Assembly (NCBI RefSeq): GCF_016433145.1 | Contig: NC_058134.1 | Span: 304,986,726 to 305,050,725 of the forward strand | Length of the DNA: 64,000 nt | Source of the DNA: Gracilinanus agilis | Lineage: Eukaryota | Direction: 5' to 3' | Shown: one piece after another, positions 48,367 to 59,413 of the stretch | Position numbering within the stretch: the first letter of the stretch is position 1 | Layout: every line of letters begins with the position of its first letter | The notes under the pieces: model-generated | Told to the model about the DNA's origin: nothing | Seen by the model: only the letters and a program-made list of their open reading frames with translations | The model's database searches: none | Made by a program: the position numbers and the translations under genes

Positions 48367-51194
48367 GGGGGGGGGGGGGGGGAAGGAGCGTGGGGCAGGG
48401 CAGAGAACTGGCAGGGCCCTGAAGGCTGGGCAGTGGCGGCGCCAGAAGTCAGCGGAGGGAGCCTCAGAACCATGTCTGCAGGCGGCACACGCGCCCTCCC
48501 GAGCCGGCCCTCAGAATCCTTCCATGAGCTCAGCCCAGGTCCCTGTGGCCGCCGGCCTGTGGCTGCTTTCTCGTGCCACTGGGGGGTGTGGGGGGGATGC
48601 CAGGCTCTGAGGCTCCTCCAAGCAGAGCCGAACTGAAGGGACGCCTCCTTCCCGGCCTTATTCTCATGGATCTTCTTGCACCACCTCCATGGCTGACCCA
48701 GGCCCGGCTCTGGGGGGCATTTAAGAACACACTCCTGGCCTGGCTTCGTCTGGCTATTCATAGGGCACAACTCCGGAGCACGCGACGGCCTCCCTCTGCC
48801 GGTCCCAGGTCACTCGGGTCCCCTGCAGGCACACGCACGCGGAAACCTGGCTGGAGATGGGGCAGGCCGGTGAAGGCCCGGCCCCTGGGGCCGCTGCAGG
48901 CGTGCAGGGGAGGGTGGCACACCGCCATGCCCACCATCTGCCCCTTATGGAGGGGGCCTGGATGGCAGGCACGGCCGCCTTCCAGCTGCTTCGAGCCCCA
49001 GGAACATTCACAGCTGTGAGTTTGTGCCCACTGCCGCCTCCCTCTGCGTGCTGTTCTTCTCCCAGGCCTGGGGCAGGGGGCACCTTGCCCCGTGACGTCA
49101 CACGGTCTTCCCGGCTCCCCTAACCACTCCTGGGAGCACAGGAGAGGCCGCTTGAGACTGAGAAACTTCTGCCCCATCTGACGCTGGCCTCGGGACGAAA
49201 TGGGGACAGTTTGTGGGCTTCCAGGAAGTGGCTGGTTTCCTCTCCTTCCTGCCTCTTCTCCGACGCTGCTTCTGGGAGTCTGATCTGGGGCTGGCGTCGT
49301 CTCCCTCCCCCCTGCCAGCTGAAATGCTGCCCGTCCTTCGAGGCTGGGCCCTGAGCGGTCTCCCCACGTCTGATTTCCAGGAGGCTCCCGAGGCCTCCAA
49401 AGCCAGCCTGGCATGTGGGTCCCGGGTATTAAACTGCGACTCCTCTGGGTTTGGGGGCCGAAGCAGCCTCGGGGTTTGCTTGTTCTCCCCTTTTCTACCT
49501 TAGTCATTCAGTGCCTCGCTCGCCAGACAGAACACCTGACCAGATGACAGGAAGGCCCGAGTTCTAATCCAGCCCCAGATACTTCCTGGCTCCATCTTCC
49601 TGGGCCTCTTCTGTAAAACAAATCCTAAAAGCCTGAGCTCCAGAGCTGTCTTTGGGAAAGCTTTCTGCAAACCTTTGAGCATCGCCCCCCGCTCCCTTTT
49701 CATGGGGTGCTGGGGTCTCCTCAGGGAGCTGGCCCCACAGAGGAGCCCCAGGAGGGGACAGGACTTGCTCAAGGGAGAGCAGGAGCTCCTTAGGGAGACT
49801 GCCTGGCCTGGCCCCCATTTTTCAGAGCGGGAAGCTGAGGCTGCCTTGTCCCTTGTCTGCTGGGCTGGGTTCGGAGGCTCCCCTGCTCCCCACTCCAGGC
49901 CAGGCCTGGGGCCATGTGCTCTGGTGACCCAGAAGGCCAGGGGAAACCAAGGCTGAGACTCCCCATCTCCCTTGGAGAACTGAGCTGCCTCTGGAGCTTG
50001 GAGCAAGGCCTAGGCCTGGCCTCTGGAGAGGGCGGCCTGGACAGGGAACGGGCTGGGTGCCAGGCGGGTCGCCGGGGCACGTGGGGCAGGGAGCGGATTA
50101 GGACAGACGTGGGGCTAGAAGGAAAAGTTAAGCCGCCCAGAGGTGGAGGGGCCGGGCTGAGGCTGCCCTTTTGTCCTGGGCACTGGGGAGGCGGGCCCTG
50201 AAGTCTACACTGCCGTTCCTGCCGGGCACAGGGCCGGCCTTCTGGCTCTGGGGCTTGGAGGCGCAGCAGTCTCTGCCTCCCAGGTGAGGCTGGAGGTTGG
50301 AGGCTGCAGACCTGAAAATCAGGAAGGTCGAAGCTGTGATCTCTTCCTGTGTCCTGCTGCCCTGCCGGGCTATGGGCTGACCCCTCGGGCCTCCCCCATT
50401 AGCCTGGGAGCTCCCAGAGGGCAGGGACTGGCTTCTGCCCCTTTCTGTATGAGGTTCCTGGCAGTGCCAGGCACACAGCAGGCCCTTAATCGATGCCACG
50501 GCCTGGAGGGGGACGCATCTTGGAGCTTAGACCCAAAGGCCCGGATGCTATGGTGCTGCCCCAGACGGTCCACTTCTGCAGTGTTCAGGAGTGGAGGTAC
50601 CCCCTTTTACAGATAAAGTCCCCCATAAGTGGACGATGGCCCAGCTCAGATGTGCTTGGGCTCCCTTCTCTTCCGCCGCCCCAGGCTGGGGCCAGGGCCT
50701 GCCCATCGGGTCCTGAGCTAGCCAACAGCAGAACATACAGGGCAGGAGAGGGGTCTGGGCTGGGCACTGACCACTGCACGAGGGCAGATCTGGGGCCTGG
50801 GGTGGCCTGGCCCTCGGCTGGGAAGGGGTGACCCTCGGGGCTCGGGGGCCTCACAAGGCCTGCAGACCACCTCAGCAGCCCCTCTGGCTGCAGGGAGCTC
50901 CCGTTCTGACACCGAGGCCTACTGCAGCTCCATGGGCTGACCTCAAGGGTCAAGGCAGGCCCTCGGGGGTCCCTTCTCGGACGGAGTGTCCCCAGCAGAG
51001 ATAAGGGGAGGCCCTGCCAGTCCTTTCATCCTCTTCTCGCCGCTCGGACCCTTGCCTGGGCCCTTCTCCCTGGGGGTCCCCTGGCTGCCCCCAATTCCCA
51101 CCTACCTGCAGCTGTTTACACGAGGGGCCTCGTCCCCCCTCCCGTCCACCCACTGAGCACAAAACCTTCTGTGGACGCGGAGTAAGAAAATTCC

Positions 51195-51200
51195 TTTACT
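51195..51200 (-). terminator. Candidate ALG12 poly(A) signal AGTAAA
   Basis: First polyA-like hexamer found ~420 nt after the ALG12 stop. Followed by a short U-rich tract on the minus strand. Confidence 0.35.
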
Positions 51201-51617
51201 TTGGACCGGTGCGGCTCGCTTCCTCGCTCAGCCAGGCTGGTGCCGTCTCAGAGAGGACAGAAACGGGACCCAGAGGGGGGATTGGGGGGGGGGGAGCCCC
51301 CTGCCTCAGGGCCCTCGCCTAGACCCACATGATTGTGGCAGGGGGGGCATCCGCTGCCTGACTGAGGATCCTTGCAGGGGCCCCGCTTTCTGGCCTCCAA
51401 TCCCGGAGAAGTGGACGAGGCCCCGGTGGACGGTGGAGCTGCCACGCAGAGTGGACGCCGTCCCCGGGGGCGAGAGGCCCCTCCCGATCGGCACGAAAGG
51501 GTTTGTTGTGGGCCCGGAGGCGGGTCTCGGGTCCCGTCGGCCGCGCCGTCCGCGCCTCACTGAAAAGCCGGCCTCGACGCGGCGTCCCGGGTCGGCGGCC
51601 CGACGCTCCGGCCCCTC

Positions 51618-51849
51618 TCACGAGGGCCTCAGCAGCCTCTCCAGAAGCACCAACTTGGGTTTCAAGTTCAGGTCAAAGGGAGGCACTTTGGTGAGGTTGA
51701 GCCGGACGCCCGCCGTGCCCGCGATGTTGGCCAGCACGCGGTGGGTGTGCTTGTAGTGCGACAGCTGCAGCGGGTCCATCTCCAGGAGCAGGTGCGTGTA
51801 GGCCATGATGGGCCCCGCGCCGGGCTGCAGGCCCTCCTTCTTGTCGTAC
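51618..51849 (-). CDS. ALG12: ALG12 last coding exon (232 nt incl. TGA)
   Basis: (T)[10 protein letters not shown]...YTHLLLE...[21 protein letters not shown]. Acceptor ctctccggcAG. Confidence 0.95.
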
Positions 51850-52058
51850 CTGCCGGAGAGCCAGACGGTGACCGCCGGCCCGGGCGTCACCCCGCCTGTC
51901 TCCGGCCACACCAGGGGAAGTGGGGCGCTGCCCTTATTCAGAGGGTCTAGGAAGCCCCCCACCATGTTGTTATTTAAACAGCGAATCAGTCACAAAGTGG
52001 GGTTCTTTCCGGCAAACAGAGGCCGAGGCTCGGCCCCAGAGTCCGGCCGCATACGTAC

Positions 52059-52134
52059 GTCCAGTCTTTGTTGACCTCTAGAAATCGCGAGACGCCCGTC
52101 TGTGCGGCGGCAACGTCGATGTGGAGCAGCACGT
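52059..52134 (-). CDS. ALG12: ALG12 coding exon (76 nt)
   Basis: [29 protein letters not shown] boundaries are phase consistent. Confidence 0.95.
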
Positions 52135-52217
52135 CTGGAAGAGGGGGAGGGGCGGTGGGTGTGGCGCCGGCCCCCTCCTGGCCCCCTCCCGGCCCGTCCA
52201 TGCCCGGCCCCGCCTAC

Positions 52218-52387
52218 CTGTCTTGGGGGGCACCAGCTCGTGCAGCTTCTGGATGGCCACCCCGCCGGGGTAGTTGAAGTGGGACACGTAGAGTGACGTG
52301 GCCGAGTAGGCGGCGTTCAGCACGAGGTGCGCCACGACCAGCAGGGAGCCGAGCTTGTAGAGCCACGACTTCTTGTAGTTGTTGAGC
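52218..52387 (-). CDS. ALG12: ALG12 coding exon (170 nt)
   Basis: [16 protein letters not shown]...[22 protein letters not shown]. Confidence 0.95.
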
Positions 52388-52504
52388 CTGCGGGGGAGCC
52401 CCGTCACCCCGAGCCGCCCCTCCCCAGGCCCGCCCGCCCCCCCCCAACGGCCTCAGGGGTCTCTGGGGGAGCCCCGAAAGAGGGCCGGCCCGGCCGAGAC
52501 TCAC

Positions 52505-52728
52505 ATGCGGGAGCAGCCCTTGGCGGCCACGATGTTCAGGACGGGGAAGGCGTACATGACGAAGCGCAGCTCCTTGTGGGGGAGGAACGAGTACAGGAAG
52601 ACGAAGCCCAGCGCGGGCACCAGCAGCAGCCGCGTCCGGCGGTCCCCCACGCCCAGAGGGATGAAGAGGAGGCTGCAGCCCAGCGCCCGCGGCAGGGCCG
52701 AGTAGAAGTACCACAGGAATGGCGCCGT
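52505..52728 (-). CDS. ALG12: ALG12 coding exon (224 nt)
   Basis: [17 protein letters not shown]...[11 protein letters not shown]; HKE.RF is the glycosyltransferase family 22 motif. Confidence 0.96.
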
Positions 52729-52869
52729 CTGGGGGGTCGTCAAGGAGCACACCGGCCGGAAAGGGGGCCTCCCGCCAGATGGGGGCCCAGAATCCCTCCC
52801 CACAGCCCAGGGACCCCCCCAATCCAGGGGCTCCCCCCCCCCCAGCAGCTGCCCCAGCCCCGAGGATAC
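52729..52869 (-). other. ALG12: U12-type (minor spliceosome) GT-AG intron, 141 nt
   Basis: 5'ss GTATCCTC. Branch site TCCTTGAC (52746-52739) lies 11 nt from the AG, with no long U-rich polypyrimidine tract. Confidence 0.88.
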
Positions 52870-52973
52870 GCCCCAGGCGGAGCTCCGGTTCAGCACGGTG
52901 TTATACCAGAGCACTTGGCCCTCCGGCCACAGGACGCGCCTCCAGAACACGGAGTCTACGGCCACCGTGAGGC
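52870..52973 (-). CDS. ALG12: ALG12 coding exon (104 nt)
   Basis: [35 protein letters not shown]. Confidence 0.95.
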
Positions 52974-53412
52974 CTGGCGAGGAGAGAACCTTCTTCAGCG
53001 GGCGAATCCGCCCGGGGCCGGCCGCCAGGAAGCCCCAAAGAGCCCCAAAGAGCCCTTTGGGCCAGGGACGCTCTCAGGCCCTCGCAGAGCCACGCATCGG
53101 GGGGGTGGATGGATGGCCTTAACCAGAGACGCTTGGGAGAAGGCGGGGGCCGGGCTGGGAAGGACGCCCCGACGCCCAGGAAGCCCCCCACACTTGTGAG
53201 CAGAGACGGCCCAAGGCCTTTGGGGGGCTCATCATGCACATGCGGGCAGGCCAGGGACGGGGAGAGAAGATGAGGCCAGACGGCCCGGCCCTCGCGGCTG
53301 CTCTGGGGGTCGAGAAGGGGCAGAGACTGGGCCGCTGGCGGGATCCGGGGCCTCCGTCTTCCCGGAGCAGTGACCTCCCCCCTAACCACGGCGGCCCGGA
53401 GGCGGCACTCAC

Positions 53413-53607
53413 CCAGGCACACGGCCCCGGCGGGGATGGCGTGGCCCAGCACCTTGGTGAGGGACACCTTCCGACTGAGCAGGCTGAGCAGCAGCAGGAG
53501 GCCCAGGAAGAGGCACAGCTCGGCCCGGAACACGATGATGGCGAAGGCAGAGAGCCAGATGAAGCGCGCCCGCCGCTGCTGCAGCCAGGCCGTCAGGGCC
53601 AGCAGCA
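53413..53607 (-). CDS. ALG12: ALG12 coding exon (195 nt)
   Basis: VLLALTAWL...[15 protein letters not shown]...AVCL. Donor GTGAGT. Confidence 0.95.
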
Positions 53608-53684
53608 CTGCCGACACAGAGCGGGGGGTGAGTGGCCGAGCGCGAGCCGGCCCGGACGGCCCCCGCCCCCCTAGGCCCACGTAC

Positions 53685-53858
53685 CCACGGGCATGGCCAG
53701 CACGTTGGGCAGGGTGCGCGTGCAGTAGAACATCAGGTGGAACTGGCTGGCCGTGATGAGGCAGAAGACGGTGGCCACGGTGGCCCCCAGCTGTCGCCGC
53801 ACCTCCTTCTGCAGCTTCCAGAGCCCAAGGATGACGCCGAGCCCGAGGGTCCCTCGCA
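53685..53858 (-). CDS. ALG12: ALG12 coding exon (174 nt)
   Basis: VRGTLGLGV...[21 protein letters not shown]. Confidence 0.96.
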
Positions 53859-54926
53859 CTGTGGGCCAGGAAGACACGAGAACGCCGGCTCTGCGGGAGC
53901 GGCCTCTGTGGCGCGCCAGGACCCCCGCCTGGCACTCCATCCACCGCAGAGCACCACAATAGGCCGATCCCTCGATCCCGTGGCTGGGGAGGCTGGCCCC
54001 AGAGCTCCCCGTTACCACAGCAGCCGGCCTAGCACCGCCCCTTGCGGTGCCCTCTGACCCCTCCCCCCCCATGGCCCATGCAGATATTCTTCCTTCATTT
54101 CTCCTCCCCTCGGGCCCGCCTCCTGGCCTCGTGCTCCAGCATCCTCTCTCTGCCCCAAGCAGCCCTCGCCTTCCCAGCCTGCCCTGTACCAAGAGCAGGT
54201 GCTAGCTGGGGAGGCCTTTCCTGAGATCCCGGAGCCCATGGGGGACACCAAGGCCAAACAGTTCTCCAGCCTGGCTGCAATGCCTTGAGCTTCACCCTGA
54301 TCCTGTCTCATCAGTCCTAGCTCACACGCCATCACCGCCACCTCCTCCAGGAAGCCTTCCTTCCTTCCCTCTTCAGAGCCATTAGACCCTTACGCTGTGG
54401 CCACAAGCCTGGGCCACACCCCAAGGCTACCCTCGCTAAGTCTTATGTCCCCAGCACTCGGGAATCTGCCCACAGAGTGATGAACCCCAAAGCCTTCACC
54501 AACCAGGCTGGCACCCAAGATGACCGCTCACACAGATGGAGAGAGGCCACCTCACTGGTCAGTGGGGGCAGGAGGCCCGGGGAGCTCCCTGGCTGCACAC
54601 TGCCCACAGCCCTGGGCCCCAAGTGCCTCTGGGAGCAGCCCTCCCTCCCTCCCTTGGGGGCCTGGTCCAGGTCCCAGCCCTGTGGGCCATCTAATGAAGG
54701 GAACCTGAAGCCTCCCACTGCTAAGCCTCCTCACACAGGAGTGGGAGGGGCCGGAGCCCGAGGGCACTCGGGGCAAAAGGCTCAACTCTCCAGGCCTCCA
54801 GGAGGCCAGTCGTGGCTAGGACAGAACAGGAGTCACCAAGCTTCCCAGTGGGGAGGGGGCCACCCCCCCCCCACTTACACCTGACACAGCTAACGGTCCT
54901 CCAGCATCCAAGAGCGGGAATCTCGC

Positions 54927-55139
54927 TTTTTTTGTTGGTTTTTTTTAAAACCTCATTTTCCGTCTTGGAGTCAATACTGTGTATTGGCTCCAAGGCAGAA
55001 GAGTGGTGAGGATAGACAATGGGGGTCAAGTGACTTGCCCAGGGTCACACAGCTGGGAAGTGTCTGAGGCTGGCTTTGAACCCAGGACCTCCCGTCTCTA
55101 GGCCTGGCTCTCAATCCACTGAGCTGCCCAGCTGCCCCC
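54927..55139 (-). mobile_element. Full-length SINE (hairpin-tail subtype) in an ALG12 intron
   Basis: Complete head, core and tail. Imperfect flanking repeat GGGAATCT. Confidence 0.9.
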
Positions 55140-55803
55140 ATGGGAATCTTGAGTTTTGAATGGAGATGCTTCATGTCCCCTGTGCTGCCCCCAGCTCAGA
55201 GTGACCACAGTGACCAGCACCCCAGAGTCAGCCACCAGAGTGCACAGGAGGAGAATCTACAAAGAAAATCTCTCCCTGTCCAGCTTGGGCCCAGCTCTGG
55301 AGGCTGCGATTTACAGATGCTGTGGGGGGGCCGCGGGGATGACCTCCCAGAAGCCCCTGTTGGACACACGGAGGAGGTTTCCTTCCTAGCACACCCTGGG
55401 ATGCCCACCTGCCCGAGACTGCCCCGGCTGCCTTCTGTGCTCGCCACAAATCTTTAAATGAGGGAGAAACGGTGTGAGCGGATCACCCGAGCAATCTTGC
55501 ATCGAGGAATCCGAACCCTTGGCCTCAGCTGAGGAGGCCGGGCCGGGCCGGGCCAGGCCAGAACGTGAAGATAAAACCTCAAAGCTTCCGGCTCGGCCCA
55601 GAGCAAAGCATCTCCAACGTACCAACCCTTCTGGGGTTGGCCTGGCCAGTCCGCCCAGCACAGAGTGGGGGTCCCCACCAGAGACAGAACCAGCTTTGGC
55701 CAGCCCAGAGGCCCTGCCCAGCAGAACATGAGGCACTCAGTGCTCCTTAGCCGCTGCCATCAGGGGAAGCAGAGGCGCCTCCCACCTCTTCAAGGCTCCT
55801 TAC

Positions 55804-55936
55804 CTATCAGCTGAGAATAAAATTTGGACATTTCCAGCACGGAAAGCACGTAGATTGCAGGGCTGGAAAAGGCTGCAATTAAGATTGGTCCAAGAAACGT
55901 TCTTGGGACGACCCCAGGGAAGTCGTGATGATCGTA
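55804..55936 (-). CDS. ALG12: ALG12 coding exon (133 nt)
   Basis: [44 protein letters not shown]. Acceptor ttttctttgtAG, donor GTAAGG. Not shown in the correct frame in the ORF track. Confidence 0.95.
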
Positions 55937-56039
55937 CTACAAAGAAAAGGGAAACAATTACCAGGAGGCCACGGGGCGCCGGGCCGCTGCCTGGGGGGGG
56001 GGGTCCCATGGCTCCCCTCCTCCCCCGAAGCCCGCTCAC

Positions 56040-56201
56040 CTTGTCCAGGTCCCAACGGTGGTACAGGAGGTCATGGATGGCCTGCAGGTTGAAGCTCTCC
56101 TCCACCTTGGCGTAGGGGCAGGCGGCCAGGTGGACGAAGGCAGCACCGATGAACAGCAGGAGCAGGAGGGGCTGTCGCTTGGCTTGTCTCTTCCCGGCCA
56201 T
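56040..56201 (-). CDS. ALG12: ALG12 first coding exon (162 nt); Dol-P-Man alpha-1,6-mannosyltransferase
   Basis: Perfect Kozak GCCACCATGG. MAGKR...[21 protein letters not shown] carries the luminal acidic motif. Donor GTGAGC. The upstream acceptor puts the exon start at 56298. Nine exons sum to 1470 nt (489 aa plus stop). Confidence 0.96.
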
Positions 56202-57569
56202 GGTGGCTTACAGGGACGGCTGCTTTGGGGAGCCTGCGCTGGCGAGGAGAAAAGCCCAGCTCTGCCCTTCTTGCTGTGGGAGGAGGAGAGATGAGGCCCT
56301 GTGGGGAAGACAAGGAAACGTATTAAAAACCAGGCGGTGCCAAACCAGGCGGTGCCGTGAACTGCCCTCTCCTGGCTGCCAGCTCGAAGCTGGGAGAGAA
56401 AGCTCAACCTCAGAGCCCGAAATCTGGGCATCTGAGCAAACGCCGCTGACCCCCCCCCCCCACCCAGGGCACTAGCAGGGTCCCAGGATTAGCAGTCTCA
56501 TGCTAATGCAATTCCTGGGGGCCCTCTAGCCTCTGCTATCCCACCCCCCCCCCCCCAGGGCAGCTTCTGGTCTTGGGACGGTTGTGGCATGAGAGGAGGA
56601 ATAAAACCAAGGGCGTATTTCTAAATGCCAGCCGCCAGGTAAGAACCAGAAAGCCCACAGCAAAGCGACAATGGCTGATGGGAGAATCTGTTCAGTAACT
56701 TCCCACCAAATGGAAAGAAAATCTGTAATGTCTGTAGCCAATGAGAGGTGAATAGTGTGAAGCAGTGGAGCAGCACCACCCCAAAAACAAAGTGCCAGCA
56801 CAGGGACCCCCAAACCAAGCACTCAGATACTCTTGTCAGAAGTCCAGATGTGTGTCAAGGAAGAGACACCACGGTCTCCTGGGATTAAAAACTTTAAAGC
56901 AACAAAACTTAAGCTGATGAAATTCTCTTCCCAACTGCCCCAAGGCGTGGACAATGTCAACATTAACTTAATGTTAATATAACATTCTATAGGTGGGGAG
57001 ATTGTGGATCAGAGAGGCCAAGTAACTGCCCCTGGTCAGAGCCAGGATTCAAACCCAAACTCCCAACTCTGAGCTGAATTTTCTTTTCACTATGCCAGGC
57101 TGCAAGGAGAATCCATTCTACAGTTTGTCATGAAAGTGGCCAAACAGCCTGTGGGAATACACTTAGAATCTCCGCAGTGGCCGAATCGAGAGTCCAACAG
57201 AGGAGAAGCAGAAAACTGGAGAAGCAACTGGAGAAGCAGAAATGGAGATTCTGTTACCAGAGGGTGTGAGCTCACTGGCATTCCCTGGCCCAATTAAGCT
57301 GAGGGCTTAAGACATCAAGGAAGTTCAAGCTCTCCGAAGCTCAGCATGGCTCTCCTAAGAGCAAGGCGTACAGTGAGGGGATCTGTCTCTTCTGTGATAG
57401 GTATTATACCCTATTAAAGAACTCTGGTGCCAAGGCCTCTCACACCAGCTTCCCAGCAGCATCTCATGGGGATTTCTTTTCTCTATCAAACCCTTAATAT
57501 GTTTGCAAGTGCTGCCCAGGGCAAGGACTGGCCAGCCTGCCCACTTGCCTGCCCAACCCAACTTTCCCC

Positions 57570-57930
57570 CACTAGAGTCTATCTTCTAGGCAGCCACTAA
57601 AGTGAGTTTCTTTCCACTCCTGACTCAACAAGCTCCAGGAACTCCCTCTCCTGTCCAGAATCAAATACAAAATCTTCTGCCTGGCATTCCAACCCTTCCT
57701 AAGCTAGACCTTGCCAGGCTTCTTACCCCACCACATCCCCTTTGATCCTGGGCCTCTGGCCCCCTGGCTGTGCCCATCTCTGGCTCTTCCCCCTCCCCCT
57801 TTTCTCCAATTCATCCCGCACACAGCTGGTCGGGATGGCTGCTGCCTGCTCTCTCCCACAGGCTGTGCCCCTTGGGGCAGGGGCTGGGCCTGGCACATAG
57901 TAGGCCCTTCATAGACGCTGTGCGCCACCT
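57570..57930 (+). mobile_element. L2 3' fragment
   Basis: gactcaacaagctccagg...aatcaaatacaaaatc...gcctggcacatagtaggccc. Confidence 0.65.
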
Positions 57931-58916
57931 GCGCTCCTCAAGGATGGCAAACCGGGCTAAAGGGTGGAGCTGGGGGGTGCTCTGTAAAAAACTTTGGAGT
58001 CCAGCGGCCTTTGGCAAATCGTTTTTTAAACAATAGGGGAAAACAGCAAGTTTTCAAAATGGCTTTTAATTAAAAATCAAACACGTGCCGCGAGCCAAGC
58101 GAAAACCTTCCAGCTTAAAGACTGCCTCCGGTAAGTAGGAGCAGCCACTCTAGAAGTTCGGCCCCTGGGAGTGGCGATAGCCCCCGCGGCCGCCTCCGTC
58201 TCCTCATCTGCAAAGTGTGGTGTTCAGTCCCCAAGTGAGAATCATCTGGGGCGCCTCATCCCTGCCTCCCCCTGCTAAGGAAAGGGCCGAGGGTCTCGGA
58301 GACAGTCCCGTGCCCTCCGCCTGCCTCCGTCCCCCTCCTGTAAGATAGGCTCACCAAAGCCGTGACCTGGGTCCGAGGTCGTGCTTCGATATCGTATAGC
58401 CGATACTGGAGTAAGGTCGGCGGGGGCCGGGAAGGGCCTTACACCGTCCCGACCGCTGGCCCCCTCCACCCCGGACCACGCTGCGGTCCCACAGGTCCGG
58501 CGGGAAGAGCCGCAGGAGGACCGCGCGTTTGCCCAGATCGTGCTCACTACAGGGATGCCGTCCTCCCGGCGCCCAAGCCCGCCACGTGTCAGTCCCTGGG
58601 CCCCACCCTAGCCTCACCCCCGCCGCCGCCGCCTCCTCCTCTGCTCAGCTACTTGCCCAGCTCTCCTCTGGCTCCCGCTCCGGTTCCGGCTCCCGCCTCG
58701 GAGAAGGGAATGGCTCCAGCCCTGTGGCGCTCGTCGCGTCCAGCTGGCGTGGCGCGGCGATGCGTGGCGTGGTGTGGCGTAGCGCACGCGCGGCCTGAGG
58801 CTAACGGTCGCGGAGTGGCTCTTGAGGGGCGGGGTGATCCGAGCGTAGAAGGGCCAAGAACCAGGAGGACGCCGGCGTCTGGCCCTTTAAGGACCTAGGG
58901 AGGTGCGACCCTCACC

Positions 58917-58926
58917 AAACATGGCG
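58917..58926 (-). promoter_or_regulatory. YY1-like motif
   Basis: Minus strand CGCCATGTTT matches the consensus CGCCATNTT. Confidence 0.5.
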
Positions 58927-59110
58927 CCACAAGGACGAGAAGCTACTGCTTCTGCCCCTACTCAAGATGGCCACTCTCCGTGACGGAACTCCTGGGGCAG
59001 GGCGGGAGTGGGCAGTATTTCCCCACCCCCAGCCTGCCTTACCTTCAGCTCCACCCCGCCAGAGGTTTCGGAACTACAACGCGGCCTTTGTGCTGACACG
59101 GGCCTCTCTC

Positions 59111-59121
59111 ATTGGCCCACG
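59111..59121 (+). promoter_or_regulatory. ERSE-II (ATTGG-N-CCACG)
   Basis: Exact match ATTGGCCCACG, located between two ER-function genes. Confidence 0.8.
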
Positions 59122-59413
59122 TTCGTTGGCGAGATTCGATTCGTTCATGTTCTCGCAGCGCGGCGACCTCTCGTCCAATGGTGGTCTGAGGGCTGGCGGG
59201 TGGGGTGGGGCTTGGCTCAAGTTCCAGTGAAATAGGCCCAGTGCCGAAGGTACCCGGCTTCTGAGCGCGGGGGTGGGGCCTGGTCGGCCCTTCGTGCGGC
59301 TGCGCGAGCTAGAGCTCCTGGGGCTTCGGTCCCGAGCCGGCTCCGCTCTGGGACCGGCCCAGGCGCCGAGGCGGAGCTTTCCCTTTCCCGGCTCCCGCGG
59401 ACCCCGTAGCCCT

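Noticed and set aside
47943-48770. 275-aa and 221-aa ORFs
   Set aside because: They are open only because they run through the 362-N gap.
52901-53959. 352-aa minus-strand ORF and other long ORFs overlapping ALG12
   Set aside because: Read-through of GC-rich, stop-poor introns. Only the exon segments match ALG12.
55804-55936. Apparent frameshift in ALG12 (the track shows ...[11 protein letters not shown])
   Set aside because: The track frame continues from the previous exon through the intron. With correct splicing the exon is in frame, so ALG12 is not a pseudogene.
57202-57246. Three GGAGAAGCA direct repeats, and similar short AGCCCC(C)AAAG duplications at ~53024 and ~63850
   Set aside because: Short slippage duplications without constant spacers; not CRISPR-like and no evident function.
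59070-59085. ACTACA (ZNF143/THAP11-type) motif
   Set aside because: Only the 6-7 nt core is present; the downstream TTCCC part is missing.
59097-59115. Possible canonical ERSE using the ATTGG at 59111
   Set aside because: The minus strand reads CCAAT-N9-CCGTG, not CCACG.
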